From: an uncultured Bradymonadales bacterium
GTDB taxonomy: Bacteria > Myxococcota_A > Bradymonadia > JAFGEP01
DNA length: 64,000 bases
Reading direction: 5' to 3'
Assembly (NCBI GenBank): GCA_964503485.1
Contig: CAZDBH010000004.1
Span: 56-64,055 of the forward strand
The notes below the pieces were generated by a model. That model was not told the DNA's origin, made no database searches, and saw only the letters and a program-made list of their open reading frames with translations. Every line of letters begins with the position of its first letter. Positions within the stretch are counted from its first letter, which is position 1. Shown piece by piece: positions 37,259 through 47,114 of the stretch. Both the position numbers and the translations under genes were made by a program.

Positions 37259-38676
37259 GTACCGACTCCGTTCCCGCTGTCCAAGATCACCTCGAGCAGT
37301 TCTGATTCCACGTCGGCGCTGGCACCGGTGAGCGCTTCGTGCACCGACGGATTGACGAAGACCCTGATCTTCTTCACCACTTTGATGAAGTCCGTACCGA
37401 TTCCCTTAACTACCCGCGACACCTCGTGTAAAGGAACAGCCTCGCTCCCGCTGCCTGAGCCGAACACGAGTTCCACTGTGTCCAGATGGTCTTTGTCACG
37501 AGGGGGAGTGTCGATGAGCAGCTCGTGGGGAGCAACCTCTGAACCGATCAACGATGCCACCCGACCGCGCAACGCGGCTGCTAGATCGGCCACCTCGTCC
37601 CGTTCCATCTGGTAAATGGTCTCGTAAGCGCGGTGGTGGATCGTCCCTTCCCGTTGGCGGCTGACGGTGAGGCCGCGTTTATAGAGGGACCTACGGTTGG
37701 GCTTCAACCCGTTCAACAGCAACCTCGCAGAGCTGGACGGAGCACTCAGCGATTCGACGGCTGCCAAGAACTCATCGTCCGAAGAAGTCAGCAGCAGGGT
37801 CTGCAGTTCATCCACAGACGGCTGAACCTCCCCAATAAACCGATCCAGAGCCGCCTCAATCATGGCACTGGCAGCCCGAACGGTGTGATGCCAATACGCT
37901 TCAGAGAACATCAGATAGCGGGAGAAGAGGAAGATCTCACCAGCGACACGCCCTTTCTCTGATAGCGCGATTCGATCGCCGCTGGGATTGACCGTCAGAT
38001 TCGCAGTCAGTCGTGAACGATCCGGCATCCGCCCGTAGGGAACCCCCATATGGAGGCTGTCACGTTCGAGATAATCCAGTTTGTCCGCGTCGATGGCTGA
38101 GTTGATAATCGAGGCCAACAATTGGTCGACGGCCAGGTCCGAAGAGGTCCCATGTGTGACGAGTTTCGCGACCCGTTCTGGATCCAGCCCCAGTCCAGAC
38201 TCGATGAGAACGCGCAACGAGGGCCCTTCGTGCTCGGTTCTTACCTTGCCAGTGATCATAGCGCCCGCGAGATCTTCATGTCGGGGGGTATGAAAGGCTT
38301 TGCTGTGCAGTGCCTCGAGGCTGTGGGCGAAAGGATAGTGGCCAACGTCGTGCAGGAGCGCTGCGGCCAGTAGGCATTTGGCGTCCTCGTCACCCACTCG
38401 GTCTGAAAATGCGGGCAGGCGCATCAGGGCGATCAGGTAGTCTGCAGCAGCGCTGAAAACGCCGAGACTGTGTTCAAATCGAGTGTGCACCGCACCGGGA
38501 TATACCAGGTGGGTTGGTCCGAGCTGGCGAATTCGGCGAAGACGCTGCATCGAGGGATGATCGACGATCGCCGAGAACCCAGTGGGCAGGTTTACCGATC
38601 GGGAGTCGGGAATTCGCAGACGACGTTCGGGATTTGAAAGCTCATCGAGAATGCTCATGGTCGGGGAATCATGCAC
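37255..38676 (-). CDS. HD-domain phosphohydrolase (dNTPase/SAMHD1-like family)
   Basis: QRLRRIRQLG..VYPGAVHTRFEHSLG, LLHDVGH.PFAH, DADKLDYL.RD, YWHH; ATGA overlap with bioA. Confidence 0.9.
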   Translation of the reverse strand: MHDSPTMSILDELSNPERRLRIPDSRSVNLPTGFSAIVDHPSMQRLRRIRQLGPTHLVYPGAVHTRFEHSLGVFSAAADYLIALMRLPAFSDRVGDEDAKCLLAAALLHDVGHYPFAHSLEALHSKAFHTPRHEDLAGAMITGKVRTEHEGPSLRVLIESGLGLDPERVAKLVTHGTSSDLAVDQLLASIINSAIDADKLDYLERDSLHMGVPYGRMPDRSRLTANLTVNPSGDRIALSEKGRVAGEIFLFSRYLMFSEAYWHHTVRAASAMIEAALDRFIGEVQPSVDELQTLLLTSSDDEFLAAVESLSAPSSSARLLLNGLKPNRRSLYKRGLTVSRQREGTIHHRAYETIYQMERDEVADLAAALRGRVASLIGSEVAPHELLIDTPPRDKDHLDTVELVFGSGSGSEAVPLHEVSRVVKGIGTDFIKVVKKIRVFVNPSVHEALTGASADVESELLEVILDSGNGVGT

Positions 38677-38747
38677 GATCTCGATGCGGGTGTGAACCGG
38701 CCTTCGTCAGCGCGTCTGTTTCGGGTTGGACGGTATCAGAAAGATGG

Positions 38748-39782
38748 TCAGTTCAGCTGCTCTAGTTTTGATCCGTCTGAGCTGCAGAATTGGGCCGATT
38801 CGACATGGAGCAAGCCACACTCGGAACAGCGTTTGGTCTTGTTACCAAATCCGGTGGGTGGAAGGCCACCCGTCGTCCGTCCCAGCAGGTTCAAGAGTTC
38901 CCCATCACAGGCAGCGCAAGTAGTCTCGGAAGCCGTGTACTCTTTGATGCACTCCGGACAGATCTTCAACGGAATCGGCGAGAAGGAAATGTGACTCCTA
39001 CCGGAGCGTTCCGGCATCAGACGCTGCCCGTCGTCGGGACAGTACAGGGACTCGCGGTCGTATTTTAGTTCGCATTCTGGGCAGACCATATCGCCGTCGT
39101 ACACCGCCCCGGGATCTTCTTCGCCCGATTGGACAAGTTCTCGTCCGTCATGGATGCAATATTGCGCGCCAAGGTCGTACTCCCGCTCGCAGGTTCGACA
39201 GCGCATGACGGACCGGTGTGTGTCGAGGATGTCCTGAGTACCCAGCTGAGCCTCGACCTTCGAAGTCAGCAGACTGCGATCGAATGGACAGCGCTTCATC
39301 GCGGTCTGATATTCCCGGTCACACGTGGGGCACACTTTTGTGCGGCCTGGCGGGATGACGGGGATAGGCAATCCCGGCGACTTCCCCTGGCCTGCGCTCA
39401 CAGTAACGATCCGCCGACCAGCCTCCAGAGCTGGTGTCCTGCGCCGCCGTTCGGCGATCAGGTGAGTCACGTCGTGGGCAGCTCCTCCCGCGTCGGGCTG
39501 TGGCGTGCCGATGAGACGGCTTCCTTCGCGGCGATATGCGGCGATCGCCACCCCGGCTAACAGGGTTGCCGTGAGTAGGAGGGCCCCGGTTACGGCGAGG
39601 GCGATGGTGCTCGCGTTCTCGGGCAATGTGAAGAAGACGACTAGCAATGCAGCAAGACCCGCAGTCAGCGCGAAGACGATCCGGTACAGGAATCGCCGAC
39701 CGTGATTTGAGGACGGGTAATACAACGAACTAGTCCCCCAATAGAGAAACTCAGTTGGAGCGCGACGCCCATCCCTGCTCAC
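38748..39782 (-). CDS. Membrane protein with five tandem double-zinc-ribbon-like modules
   Basis: Two TM helices, then five CxxC-x10-CxxD(G)-like units. Confidence 0.75.
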   Translation of the reverse strand: MSRDGRRAPTEFLYWGTSSLYYPSSNHGRRFLYRIVFALTAGLAALLVVFFTLPENASTIALAVTGALLLTATLLAGVAIAAYRREGSRLIGTPQPDAGGAAHDVTHLIAERRRRTPALEAGRRIVTVSAGQGKSPGLPIPVIPPGRTKVCPTCDREYQTAMKRCPFDRSLLTSKVEAQLGTQDILDTHRSVMRCRTCEREYDLGAQYCIHDGRELVQSGEEDPGAVYDGDMVCPECELKYDRESLYCPDDGQRLMPERSGRSHISFSPIPLKICPECIKEYTASETTCAACDGELLNLLGRTTGGLPPTGFGNKTKRCSECGLLHVESAQFCSSDGSKLEQLN

Positions 39783-39915
39783 AGAGACGAGCGAACAGCG
39801 TCACGAAGAACACACGCACAGCCGCGCGGGTGTCGGTCTGTTGCTAAGTGTAGAGAGGTCGTGACCCGCAGTAAAGTGCGAGTCGGCTGGCGACGATCCG
39901 AGGAGACTTGAAAGG

Positions 39916-40239
39916 CTACTTCTTCTTCGCTTTCTTGGCGTCTTTCTTGTCGTCCTTTTTGTCGTCTTTCTTGGCGTCCTTTTTATCGTCTTTTTTGTCT
40001 GCCTTTGCAGCTGGAGCTGCAGGTGGCGGACCGGCGAGTGTCTCGAAGATCGGTGCGGTCTGTGTCTCACCAAGTGCACCGAGCGCCGCATCAAGCTTCT
40101 TTACGTCGCCGTCCGAGTACTTGTCCTTCGCTCCGAGACCGGAGGTCTGCAGCGCATTGTTGAGCACCGTCGTCGCTGACTGGTGGTCGTAGCGCACTTT
40201 GAAAGCTTCAAGGACACTATCGTGGGAAACGTCTGCCAT
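39916..40239 (-). CDS. Small hypothetical protein with Lys/Asp-rich tail
   Basis: 107 aa with GGAG SD upstream; tail ADKKDDKKDAKKDDKKDDKKDAKKAKKK. Confidence 0.7.
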   Translation of the reverse strand: MADVSHDSVLEAFKVRYDHQSATTVLNNALQTSGLGAKDKYSDGDVKKLDAALGALGETQTAPIFETLAGPPPAAPAAKADKKDDKKDAKKDDKKDDKKDAKKAKKK

Positions 40240-40423
40240 TCTACGCTCCTAATAACGGTCTTTCGGCCACGAACGGCCGACGATCCGAAGTTCTTATTAC
40301 CGCCTCAGGCCCAGTCGAGAAACTCAACTGACATCCCGGGGGCGTTGCTCCTGTACTGACATTCAGACGGCAAATCGGATACACGATGGGCGCCCATCGT
40401 GTCAATACATCCGGCACGGGAAA

Positions 40424-40858
40424 CTAGAACGGAATTTCGTCGTCCGAAAACCCTTGATCGAAGCCGGCATCCGCGTCCGACGGGGGCGGAGGCTCATTCG
40501 ACCCACGACCAGCGCCACTTCCGCCCCGCGGGGTCAGAAACTGAACGCGCTGTGCTTTGACTTCTGTGGTCCGTCGATTGTTTCCGTCTTTGTCTTGCCA
40601 ATCGCGGGTCTGCAGGGAACCTTCTACGTACGCCAAGCTGCCTTTCTTGAGGTATTTCTCACAATTTTCGGCTTGCCGGCCCCACACGATTACCCGGTGC
40701 CACTCGGTGGCTTCTTTCTTTTCGCCTGACTGACGATCTGTCCATGACTCAGAGGTCGCTAGTCTGAGGGTGGCCACTGCTGTGTTCGATTGGGTGTAGC
40801 GCAACTCGGGATCGAACCCGAGACGCCCTATGAGCATTACTTTGTTTAGATTTGCCAT
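40424..40858 (-). CDS. ssb: Single-stranded DNA-binding protein
   Basis: [36 protein letters not shown]-terminal DDEIPF. Track start 40888; likely ATG 40858. Confidence 0.97.
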   Translation of the reverse strand: MANLNKVMLIGRLGFDPELRYTQSNTAVATLRLATSESWTDRQSGEKKEATEWHRVIVWGRQAENCEKYLKKGSLAYVEGSLQTRDWQDKDGNNRRTTEVKAQRVQFLTPRGGSGAGRGSNEPPPPSDADAGFDQGFSDDEIPF

Positions 40859-40954
40859 ACTGATTCCTCTTGCGTGCTCGCCTCCCATCCGTGACTTGCC
40901 ATCGGATTATCGGGAGTTTTCCGAACTTGTTGCTTAGCTATTTTCATCAAACAG

Positions 40955-42328
40955 CTAATTTGTTTCCTGAATCTCATCGAGATCTCGCTGTCCGGTCCCG
41001 TTTGGGACCGCATACTCAGACCTCTGTCGACCTCGCCACAAAGACGTAGCCCAATTCGCTCCGCCCGTATACTGGCTGTCGACGTACAAAACCATATCCC
41101 CCCACCGTTCCACAACCATCCTGCCACCATCAAACGACGCATCGGCGCGTGACCCGTGGACTGCTTCCAAGGTGCCTTCAAAGGTGGTCTGCCGAAGCAG
41201 CTCCAAACTGCGCGTGAGGACTGCACAGAACTCGCGTGCGTCGGCCTCTGAATCCCAAACTGACATCGAGATCACAACCAGCTCGTCGGCGTCGTTCGTG
41301 AGGGCAAGCAACCGATCTCCATCCCAACCGGTGGCGGCCAGGTCGATCGCCCTGTCGGCCAGCCCACCAGCTCCCAAATGGCGTAGTAGAGTCCGCCACT
41401 GGGCCTCACCAAAGACCTGGTCGTAGCGAAGGGTGAAGCCGTCGCCGATCAGGACTGACGCGTCGAGCTCTATCCACGTCGGATGATCCCTTAGCACGTA
41501 GCGTTCTGGGTGGAGAATCTGTTCCGTCGACAGAGGAGGATCTCGGTAGGCGGCATTCACCCGTTCCCAGCCCCCACCCAGTTTCAAGTAGTGCACAAAG
41601 TCGACCCCGGCGAGGTAGGGCAGGAGCATTAGGTCCAATACGAACTGAGGCACGTTATCCAGGCCTGCAGCTTCGGGATCAAGTGATCCCATCTGTTCCC
41701 TGACCATTTCGCCAAAATTCGGTATATCAGTGAAGGAAATGGCCCCACCGATCGTGTACTCGATCATTACGGCAACAGCGTCCCCCTCGATCAGAGCCGT
41801 CGCCGCGAGTAGAGCATCATCTGCCCTCACCCAGTCCCCACGTACGGCCGACAAATCGAAGAGTTGATCTTGGATTCCGTGCAACAGCTCGTGGGCGAGC
41901 GTCGGATCGGCTGCGAAAGTTGCAAGATCATCTAGGAGATACAACGTCTCTGAATCGTCGTCGTAGAAGCCCGCGATTTGGCCGCTGAGCAGATCGACCA
42001 TCAACTCCCGGTAGTCCTGGGTTGGATCAAGAATACCCCAGTGTTTGAGAAGGCGTTCTTCAATCTCGAACCGTTCCGGCGGGATCTCCTCGTCGAGTTC
42101 GGCGATGATGAAGTCTCGCAGCGTGTCCCGGTCATAACGACCCGACGCGATGTCGTGCAGTGGTGCCAGTCCGCGAAGCGCTGCCACGTCGTCCAGGATC
42201 GTGCGGATGCGGTCGAGCGCACTATCAACACCCCCCACCGTCACCTGCGCGCTCGCCGAGCCGGCCACCAGTAGGATGACCAAGGTCAAGGCCCGTCGAC
42301 ACCAACACGTCACTGGTTTCGCCCCCAC
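40955..42328 (-). CDS. Secreted putative zinc metallopeptidase-like protein
   Basis: Signal peptide (ASA|Q); IAGFYDDDSE, LAHELLHGIQDQ (HExxH), ALIEGDA. Confidence 0.65.
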   Translation of the reverse strand: MGAKPVTCWCRRALTLVILLVAGSASAQVTVGGVDSALDRIRTILDDVAALRGLAPLHDIASGRYDRDTLRDFIIAELDEEIPPERFEIEERLLKHWGILDPTQDYRELMVDLLSGQIAGFYDDDSETLYLLDDLATFAADPTLAHELLHGIQDQLFDLSAVRGDWVRADDALLAATALIEGDAVAVMIEYTIGGAISFTDIPNFGEMVREQMGSLDPEAAGLDNVPQFVLDLMLLPYLAGVDFVHYLKLGGGWERVNAAYRDPPLSTEQILHPERYVLRDHPTWIELDASVLIGDGFTLRYDQVFGEAQWRTLLRHLGAGGLADRAIDLAATGWDGDRLLALTNDADELVVISMSVWDSEADAREFCAVLTRSLELLRQTTFEGTLEAVHGSRADASFDGGRMVVERWGDMVLYVDSQYTGGANWATSLWRGRQRSEYAVPNGTGQRDLDEIQETN

Positions 42329-43074
42329 AAAATTCGGAGACCCTCCAGGGTGAGGTTCTGATCCACCTCATCGATCACTTCGGTCTCACCCGCAATGAGA
42401 TCTGCGAGTCCTCCGGTGGCGTAGACACGGGTTGGAAAGCGAAGCTCAGCTTTCATCCGGCGCACGAGCTCCGTTACGAGACCCGCGTAGCCGAACACAA
42501 GACCCGACTGCATGCTGGCAACCGTATTGCGGCCGACGACGTGGTCAGGCGTGGTGATCTCGACGCGCGGCAACATAGCGGCTCTGCGAAAGAGCGCGTC
42601 AGCTGAGATCGCCATTCCGGGAGCAATGACGCCCCCCAGATACTCACCTTGCGGGTTGACCGCGTCGAAGGTCGTCGCCGTTCCAAAATCGACCACCAGC
42701 AGCCCCGCATTGTGGCGTTCGTAGGCCGCAACTGCGTTGACTACTCGGTCTGCGCCGACCTCGCGGGGGTTCTCGTAGAGGATTCTCATCCCCGTGCGAA
42801 TTCCAGGCCCCACCAGGAGGGTCTCGACGCCTACATAGCGAGAGATCATCTGCTCGAAATGGTGGGTCACAGGTGGAACCACGCAGGAGAGAATCGCGTG
42901 GTCGATTTGATCGATGGAGGCACCAGCCGCATCGAACAACTGGCGCAACGTGATTCCGTGTTCGTCGGCGGTTCGTTCGCGATGAGTCTGGATCCGCCAA
43001 TGGTGACGCAGTTCAGACCCGTCGTAGACACCGATCACGGTGTTGGTGTTTCCAACATCAAGTACTAGCAGCAT
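42310..43074 (-). CDS. coaX: Type III pantothenate kinase
   Basis: LDVGNTNT, GADR, VDFGTATT, GGVIAPG, ATGGLA. Confidence 0.96.
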   Translation of the reverse strand: MLLVLDVGNTNTVIGVYDGSELRHHWRIQTHRERTADEHGITLRQLFDAAGASIDQIDHAILSCVVPPVTHHFEQMISRYVGVETLLVGPGIRTGMRILYENPREVGADRVVNAVAAYERHNAGLLVVDFGTATTFDAVNPQGEYLGGVIAPGMAISADALFRRAAMLPRVEITTPDHVVGRNTVASMQSGLVFGYAGLVTELVRRMKAELRFPTRVYATGGLADLIAGETEVIDEVDQNLTLEGLRILWGRNQ

Positions 43075-43075
43075 G

Positions 43076-43840
43076 TCATTGCTCTGCGTTGCCCCGCTTC
43101 AGGGAGTTGATGGTCACCTCGCCACTGGAAATCTCGCTCTGCCCGCCGTCATCTAGATCGACGACTAGCGCTCCCGTGGCGCTCAAGCCAACCGCCCGTC
43201 CTCGATTCTCCCCGTTCGGTCCCCGCCAGCTGACGTCCGATCCAATTGTGACGTCGTGGGCGCGCCATTCGTCTAAAACAGCAGCGAGATTGCCAGCCTC
43301 GATGTCTAAAAGCACCGAAGCGACGCTTCTTCCGATTGCGACCGCCAGCTCATCCAAGTCGGGTCGCTCCACCTCGAGGTAATTGAAGGAGGTCACTGTC
43401 TCGGTCAGTGGTGCGGGAAAATCGGTCGGGAGCGAGGCGACATTCACTCCCAAACCGGCGATCACCCCGATCACCTTACTGCCCTCGAAGACCCCTTCCA
43501 CTAGGATTCCTGCCAACTTTCGGCCCGATACCAAAAGGTCGTTTGGCCATTTCAGATCGGGTGTCAGTCCGAATTGGGCGAGCGCCGTTCGGGCCGCCAG
43601 ACCTACCGCCAGTGTCATTGAGGGCAAGAGGGCGGGATCGACAGCTGGGCGGAGCACGATGCTCATGAAGAGGTCGCCCTCCCGAGATTCCCAAGTACGT
43701 CCGTGCCTGCCTCTCCCGGCGGTCTGACGTCCTGCGCGGAAGATCGTGCCCGAGTCGACCCCGGCGATCAGGGCTTTGCGTGCCAGATCGTTCGTGCTCT
43801 CGGTCTCTTCAACGTATGTCAATGTCGATTTGCCCGTCAC
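43076..43840 (-). CDS. birA: Biotin-[acetyl-CoA-carboxylase] ligase (no HTH domain)
   Basis: STND, QTAGRGRHGRTW, KWPNDL, KLAGILVE. Confidence 0.95.
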   Translation of the reverse strand: MTGKSTLTYVEETESTNDLARKALIAGVDSGTIFRAGRQTAGRGRHGRTWESREGDLFMSIVLRPAVDPALLPSMTLAVGLAARTALAQFGLTPDLKWPNDLLVSGRKLAGILVEGVFEGSKVIGVIAGLGVNVASLPTDFPAPLTETVTSFNYLEVERPDLDELAVAIGRSVASVLLDIEAGNLAAVLDEWRAHDVTIGSDVSWRGPNGENRGRAVGLSATGALVVDLDDGGQSEISSGEVTINSLKRGNAEQ

Positions 43841-44691
43841 GGTACACCGACCTCGAGATCCAGGCTCAGGTCAGCTGCCTTCGAAGAATGAGTCAGCGCT
43901 CCGCTCGATATGACATCGACCCCAATTTCTCGGAGGGTGCCCAGTCGCTCGTCGGTGATCCCTCCGGAGGCCTCCGTGATCACACGACCAGCGCAGCGGG
44001 CCACGGCTTCGGCCATCTGCTCATCGCTCATATTGTCGAGCATGATTATGTCCGCGCCAGCCTCGAGGGCTTCATCCAGCATCTCGAGTGACGTGATTTC
44101 GACTTCGATTGTTGCCGTGTGGGGAATTGCCGCTCGACAGGTTGTCACCGCCTTGGTCAGCGAGCCTACCGCAGCGATGTGATTGTCTTTGATCATCACA
44201 GCGGCCCCCAGGTTGAAGCGGTGGTTAAACCCGCCGCCTTGCCGCACGGCGTATTTCTCGAGCTCGCGAAATCCCGGTGTCGTTTTTCGCGTGTCAACGA
44301 TTCGCGGGCCGTCCGCGCCGAGCAACTCGGCGTAGCGAGCCGTTGTGGTGGCGACCCCACTGAGATGGCGGATGAAATTTAACGCAACGCGCTCACCTCT
44401 CAGAACTGAACGAGTCGGTCCGGTGATTTTGGCGACCTCGGTCCCTGCGGCAACTTGGTCTGAATCGGCCGATGTTGGGTGGATTTCCACCCCAGGATCG
44501 AGTTTGGCGTACACCCGCTGGAACACGCTAAGGCCGGCGATAACCATCGACTCCTTCGCGAGCAACACGCCCCGGGTAGTGGACTCTGCAGAGAAGAGTG
44601 AGTCGGTTGTCAGGTCACCGCAGCACAGATCTTCGGTGAGGGCCAAATCGATAAGCTGATCCACCGCCGGAGAGAAAGGAAACTCGTTCAT
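43837..44691 (-). CDS. nadC: Nicotinate-nucleotide pyrophosphorylase (quinolinate phosphoribosyltransferase)
   Basis: GDLTT, ERVALNF, DTRKTTPG, HRFNL, MIKDNH, IMLDNM, SGALTHS. Track start 44787; likely ATG 44691. Confidence 0.96.
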   Translation of the reverse strand: MNEFPFSPAVDQLIDLALTEDLCCGDLTTDSLFSAESTTRGVLLAKESMVIAGLSVFQRVYAKLDPGVEIHPTSADSDQVAAGTEVAKITGPTRSVLRGERVALNFIRHLSGVATTTARYAELLGADGPRIVDTRKTTPGFRELEKYAVRQGGGFNHRFNLGAAVMIKDNHIAAVGSLTKAVTTCRAAIPHTATIEVEITSLEMLDEALEAGADIIMLDNMSDEQMAEAVARCAGRVITEASGGITDERLGTLREIGVDVISSGALTHSSKAADLSLDLEVGVP

Positions 44692-44816
44692 CTGGGTCCC
44701 TCGAGAAAATGCCTTTTGACCGTTTCGCAATACCCGGTCCGTGACCGGGGAACAAGGGCTTCCTTTTCCTTTGTTTGTAGCGAGCACAATGGCGAGGCCA
44801 AAAGGGGGATCCAGAC

Positions 44817-47114
44817 CTAATATAGTCGGCCTGGTATAGAGACCCTTTCGCCGTGGAGGCGGACCTGAGTTGGCCCGTCTTTCTCTAACACGGTGACTGT
44901 TTGTCGACCCGTAGCAAGGGCCAAAACGTTGCCGTCAGCCCACTCGAAACCCTTTCCGAGCAAGTGGAAGACCCCCTCGTCGGACAGGGTCGCTATGACT
45001 CCCGAATCGGAATGCTGCAGGGCCAAGAGCCACCCATCGCCGTCGTAGCGAACGGCATCCCGTATCGTCGGTGACTGGTTCGCGACCTCTCGGGCGAAGT
45101 CGCCCACGAAAGAGTCGGTCAATGAGAGACTGACTTCCTCTCTTCCCCATCCGCACCACAACTCCAAGCCGGAGCTTCCACACACACCGTCACCCGAGCG
45201 CCAAACTGCATCTGGTTGCGCTCCGTCACCGAATGGCCAGCTACGAGGCTCGCATCCCGCACTCGTGCAAACCGCAGGAGCATCAGAGAGCAGCAGGGCG
45301 CCGCCAGGCAAACCGACGAGTCCTGTGTGTCCGGGCGATTGATCTTCGATGGCCTCCCACAGTCCCGTGGCGCCCGAAAACCAACTCAGTGAGATCCCGT
45401 CTGTGGCGTACAGACGGCCCAAGTCGTCAATTGCCAGGTGGGGTGGCTCCCTGAACTCGGGGTGTAGGCTCAAGCCAATCTCGGGACGACTACCCAGTTT
45501 GACGATCGTCGCGCGCCTGCCTTCGTCGGCTTCGATCCAACCCGAGACGTACATCGACCCCGAAGGAGATACTGCCATGTCGAACGGCTCGATGTTCGAA
45601 CCGCGCCAAGCGTGTTGGCTGAAGCCGGTTCCGCCCAGTGTACTGAACAATGCATCGAGTGATGGGCCCATCATAACGTAGAACCGACTGTCGGGTGCGC
45701 GGTGACCCGACATACTGGTCGGATGTTCCGCTGCCTGCTCCGCCGAGATCCGTCCGATGCGCACGACACCGGCGTGGCTCAGCGCCAGAATACCGTTTGT
45801 CGTGCCGACCAAACCGCTGTCCATGGGCACGGGAGTCCCGCGCCACATGAACGAATCACCTTCGATGGGTAGAAGCTCTAACCCCTCGGAGCTGGTGTAC
45901 GCACTGACTGAATCCCCGTGGCGAAGCAATAGGAAAGGGCTGCTTCCGTTGCCGCTCACCGCCACTTCAACGCGCTCGGCGCTTCGCGCCTCGAACTGAA
46001 GCTCGCTGACCTCCTCGCGGTTCTGCCAAAGGTAGGCCGTAGCGGTACCATTCCCAGCGGTCGCAACCAGGACACCGTTGTCGAGGGTGCCCGAGATACC
46101 CGCGATCGCATCCCCCTCAACCGAAATTGGCTCTTCCCAGTTCATCAACCGACGTTCGGCCTCGCCGCGATAGACGACGTGGCCGGTTTGGGTTGCGCAG
46201 AGGGCGAAGGCGACGCCAGCTCGATCTCCCATTGAAACGACACTGTCGCACGTCTGTGGCAGCCTCAGCGCGCTGGCGGGACCTGCCAAATCGACGTGCC
46301 CGGAGGTGAATTCCCCAACCATGCCCCGAACGCCAACGTAGGCCCTCTCCAAACCGGTTCGTATCGTTCCTCGCCAGCCGTCGAAGGGCTGGCTGCTCGG
46401 GCTGATTAGATAGGCGTGGATTCCGTTTGCGAGCGAGAGTTGAATCTGAACGCCGGCCACCCGGGCTAACGCCTCGGTTGGTCCCACTGAAATCCAATCT
46501 TCGACTGTGGTGTCTGTGAAGACGGGGAATACTTGCCAGCGCCGAGACCCGAAATGGGCGAGTTGCCGCCCAGCGCCGCACCACGCGCCACCGGATCCGT
46601 CAGAGGTGCAGGCGTCTCGCCAGTCCGAAGGCTGAAATGCTGGTGCTCGACCAGCCAACTCGATGGGGTTGCGATTGGGTGCTCTGAGGGCCCAACCGCA
46701 GCGCCCATAGCCGAAAGAAGAGCCCTCTTCGTCCAATGCTCGCACTGTAAACCCGACGAGCGGAAACTCCCCACCGCTGGGGAGAATCAGGCTGGTCTGG
46801 GTTTCGCCTACCACGACCGCTTCGGGGTCGTCGACAACACAGTAGGGTGCCTCCACAACGCCGATCTCGTAGCGAATTCTGTCGCTCGGGGTGACATCAT
46901 CACTGACCTCCTCCCACGACAGCTGGAACTGGTTCAAGGCGACCCGCTCGACCAATGGCATGAGGGGGAAGTTGGGAGGCGTCGGTTCGCTGTCAGTCGA
47001 AGAACCACAGCCTGGAATCATATCGGCCGGACGGATGAAAACGACAACGACGAAGATGAGGACGAACGTCACCGCGAACCATGGAAGCGCTGAATTTTTG
47101 CCTGGCCGCTTCAT
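44817..47114 (-). CDS. Hypothetical membrane-anchored protein with Fn3 domain and probable beta-propeller region
   Basis: N-terminal TM helix; Fn3-like LSWEEVSDDVTP..IRYEI..FTVRALDEEG; beta-rich remainder; ATGA overlap with the thiE-like gene. Confidence 0.65.
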   Translation of the reverse strand: MKRPGKNSALPWFAVTFVLIFVVVVFIRPADMIPGCGSSTDSEPTPPNFPLMPLVERVALNQFQLSWEEVSDDVTPSDRIRYEIGVVEAPYCVVDDPEAVVVGETQTSLILPSGGEFPLVGFTVRALDEEGSSFGYGRCGWALRAPNRNPIELAGRAPAFQPSDWRDACTSDGSGGAWCGAGRQLAHFGSRRWQVFPVFTDTTVEDWISVGPTEALARVAGVQIQLSLANGIHAYLISPSSQPFDGWRGTIRTGLERAYVGVRGMVGEFTSGHVDLAGPASALRLPQTCDSVVSMGDRAGVAFALCATQTGHVVYRGEAERRLMNWEEPISVEGDAIAGISGTLDNGVLVATAGNGTATAYLWQNREEVSELQFEARSAERVEVAVSGNGSSPFLLLRHGDSVSAYTSSEGLELLPIEGDSFMWRGTPVPMDSGLVGTTNGILALSHAGVVRIGRISAEQAAEHPTSMSGHRAPDSRFYVMMGPSLDALFSTLGGTGFSQHAWRGSNIEPFDMAVSPSGSMYVSGWIEADEGRRATIVKLGSRPEIGLSLHPEFREPPHLAIDDLGRLYATDGISLSWFSGATGLWEAIEDQSPGHTGLVGLPGGALLLSDAPAVCTSAGCEPRSWPFGDGAQPDAVWRSGDGVCGSSGLELWCGWGREEVSLSLTDSFVGDFAREVANQSPTIRDAVRYDGDGWLLALQHSDSGVIATLSDEGVFHLLGKGFEWADGNVLALATGRQTVTVLEKDGPTQVRLHGERVSIPGRLY

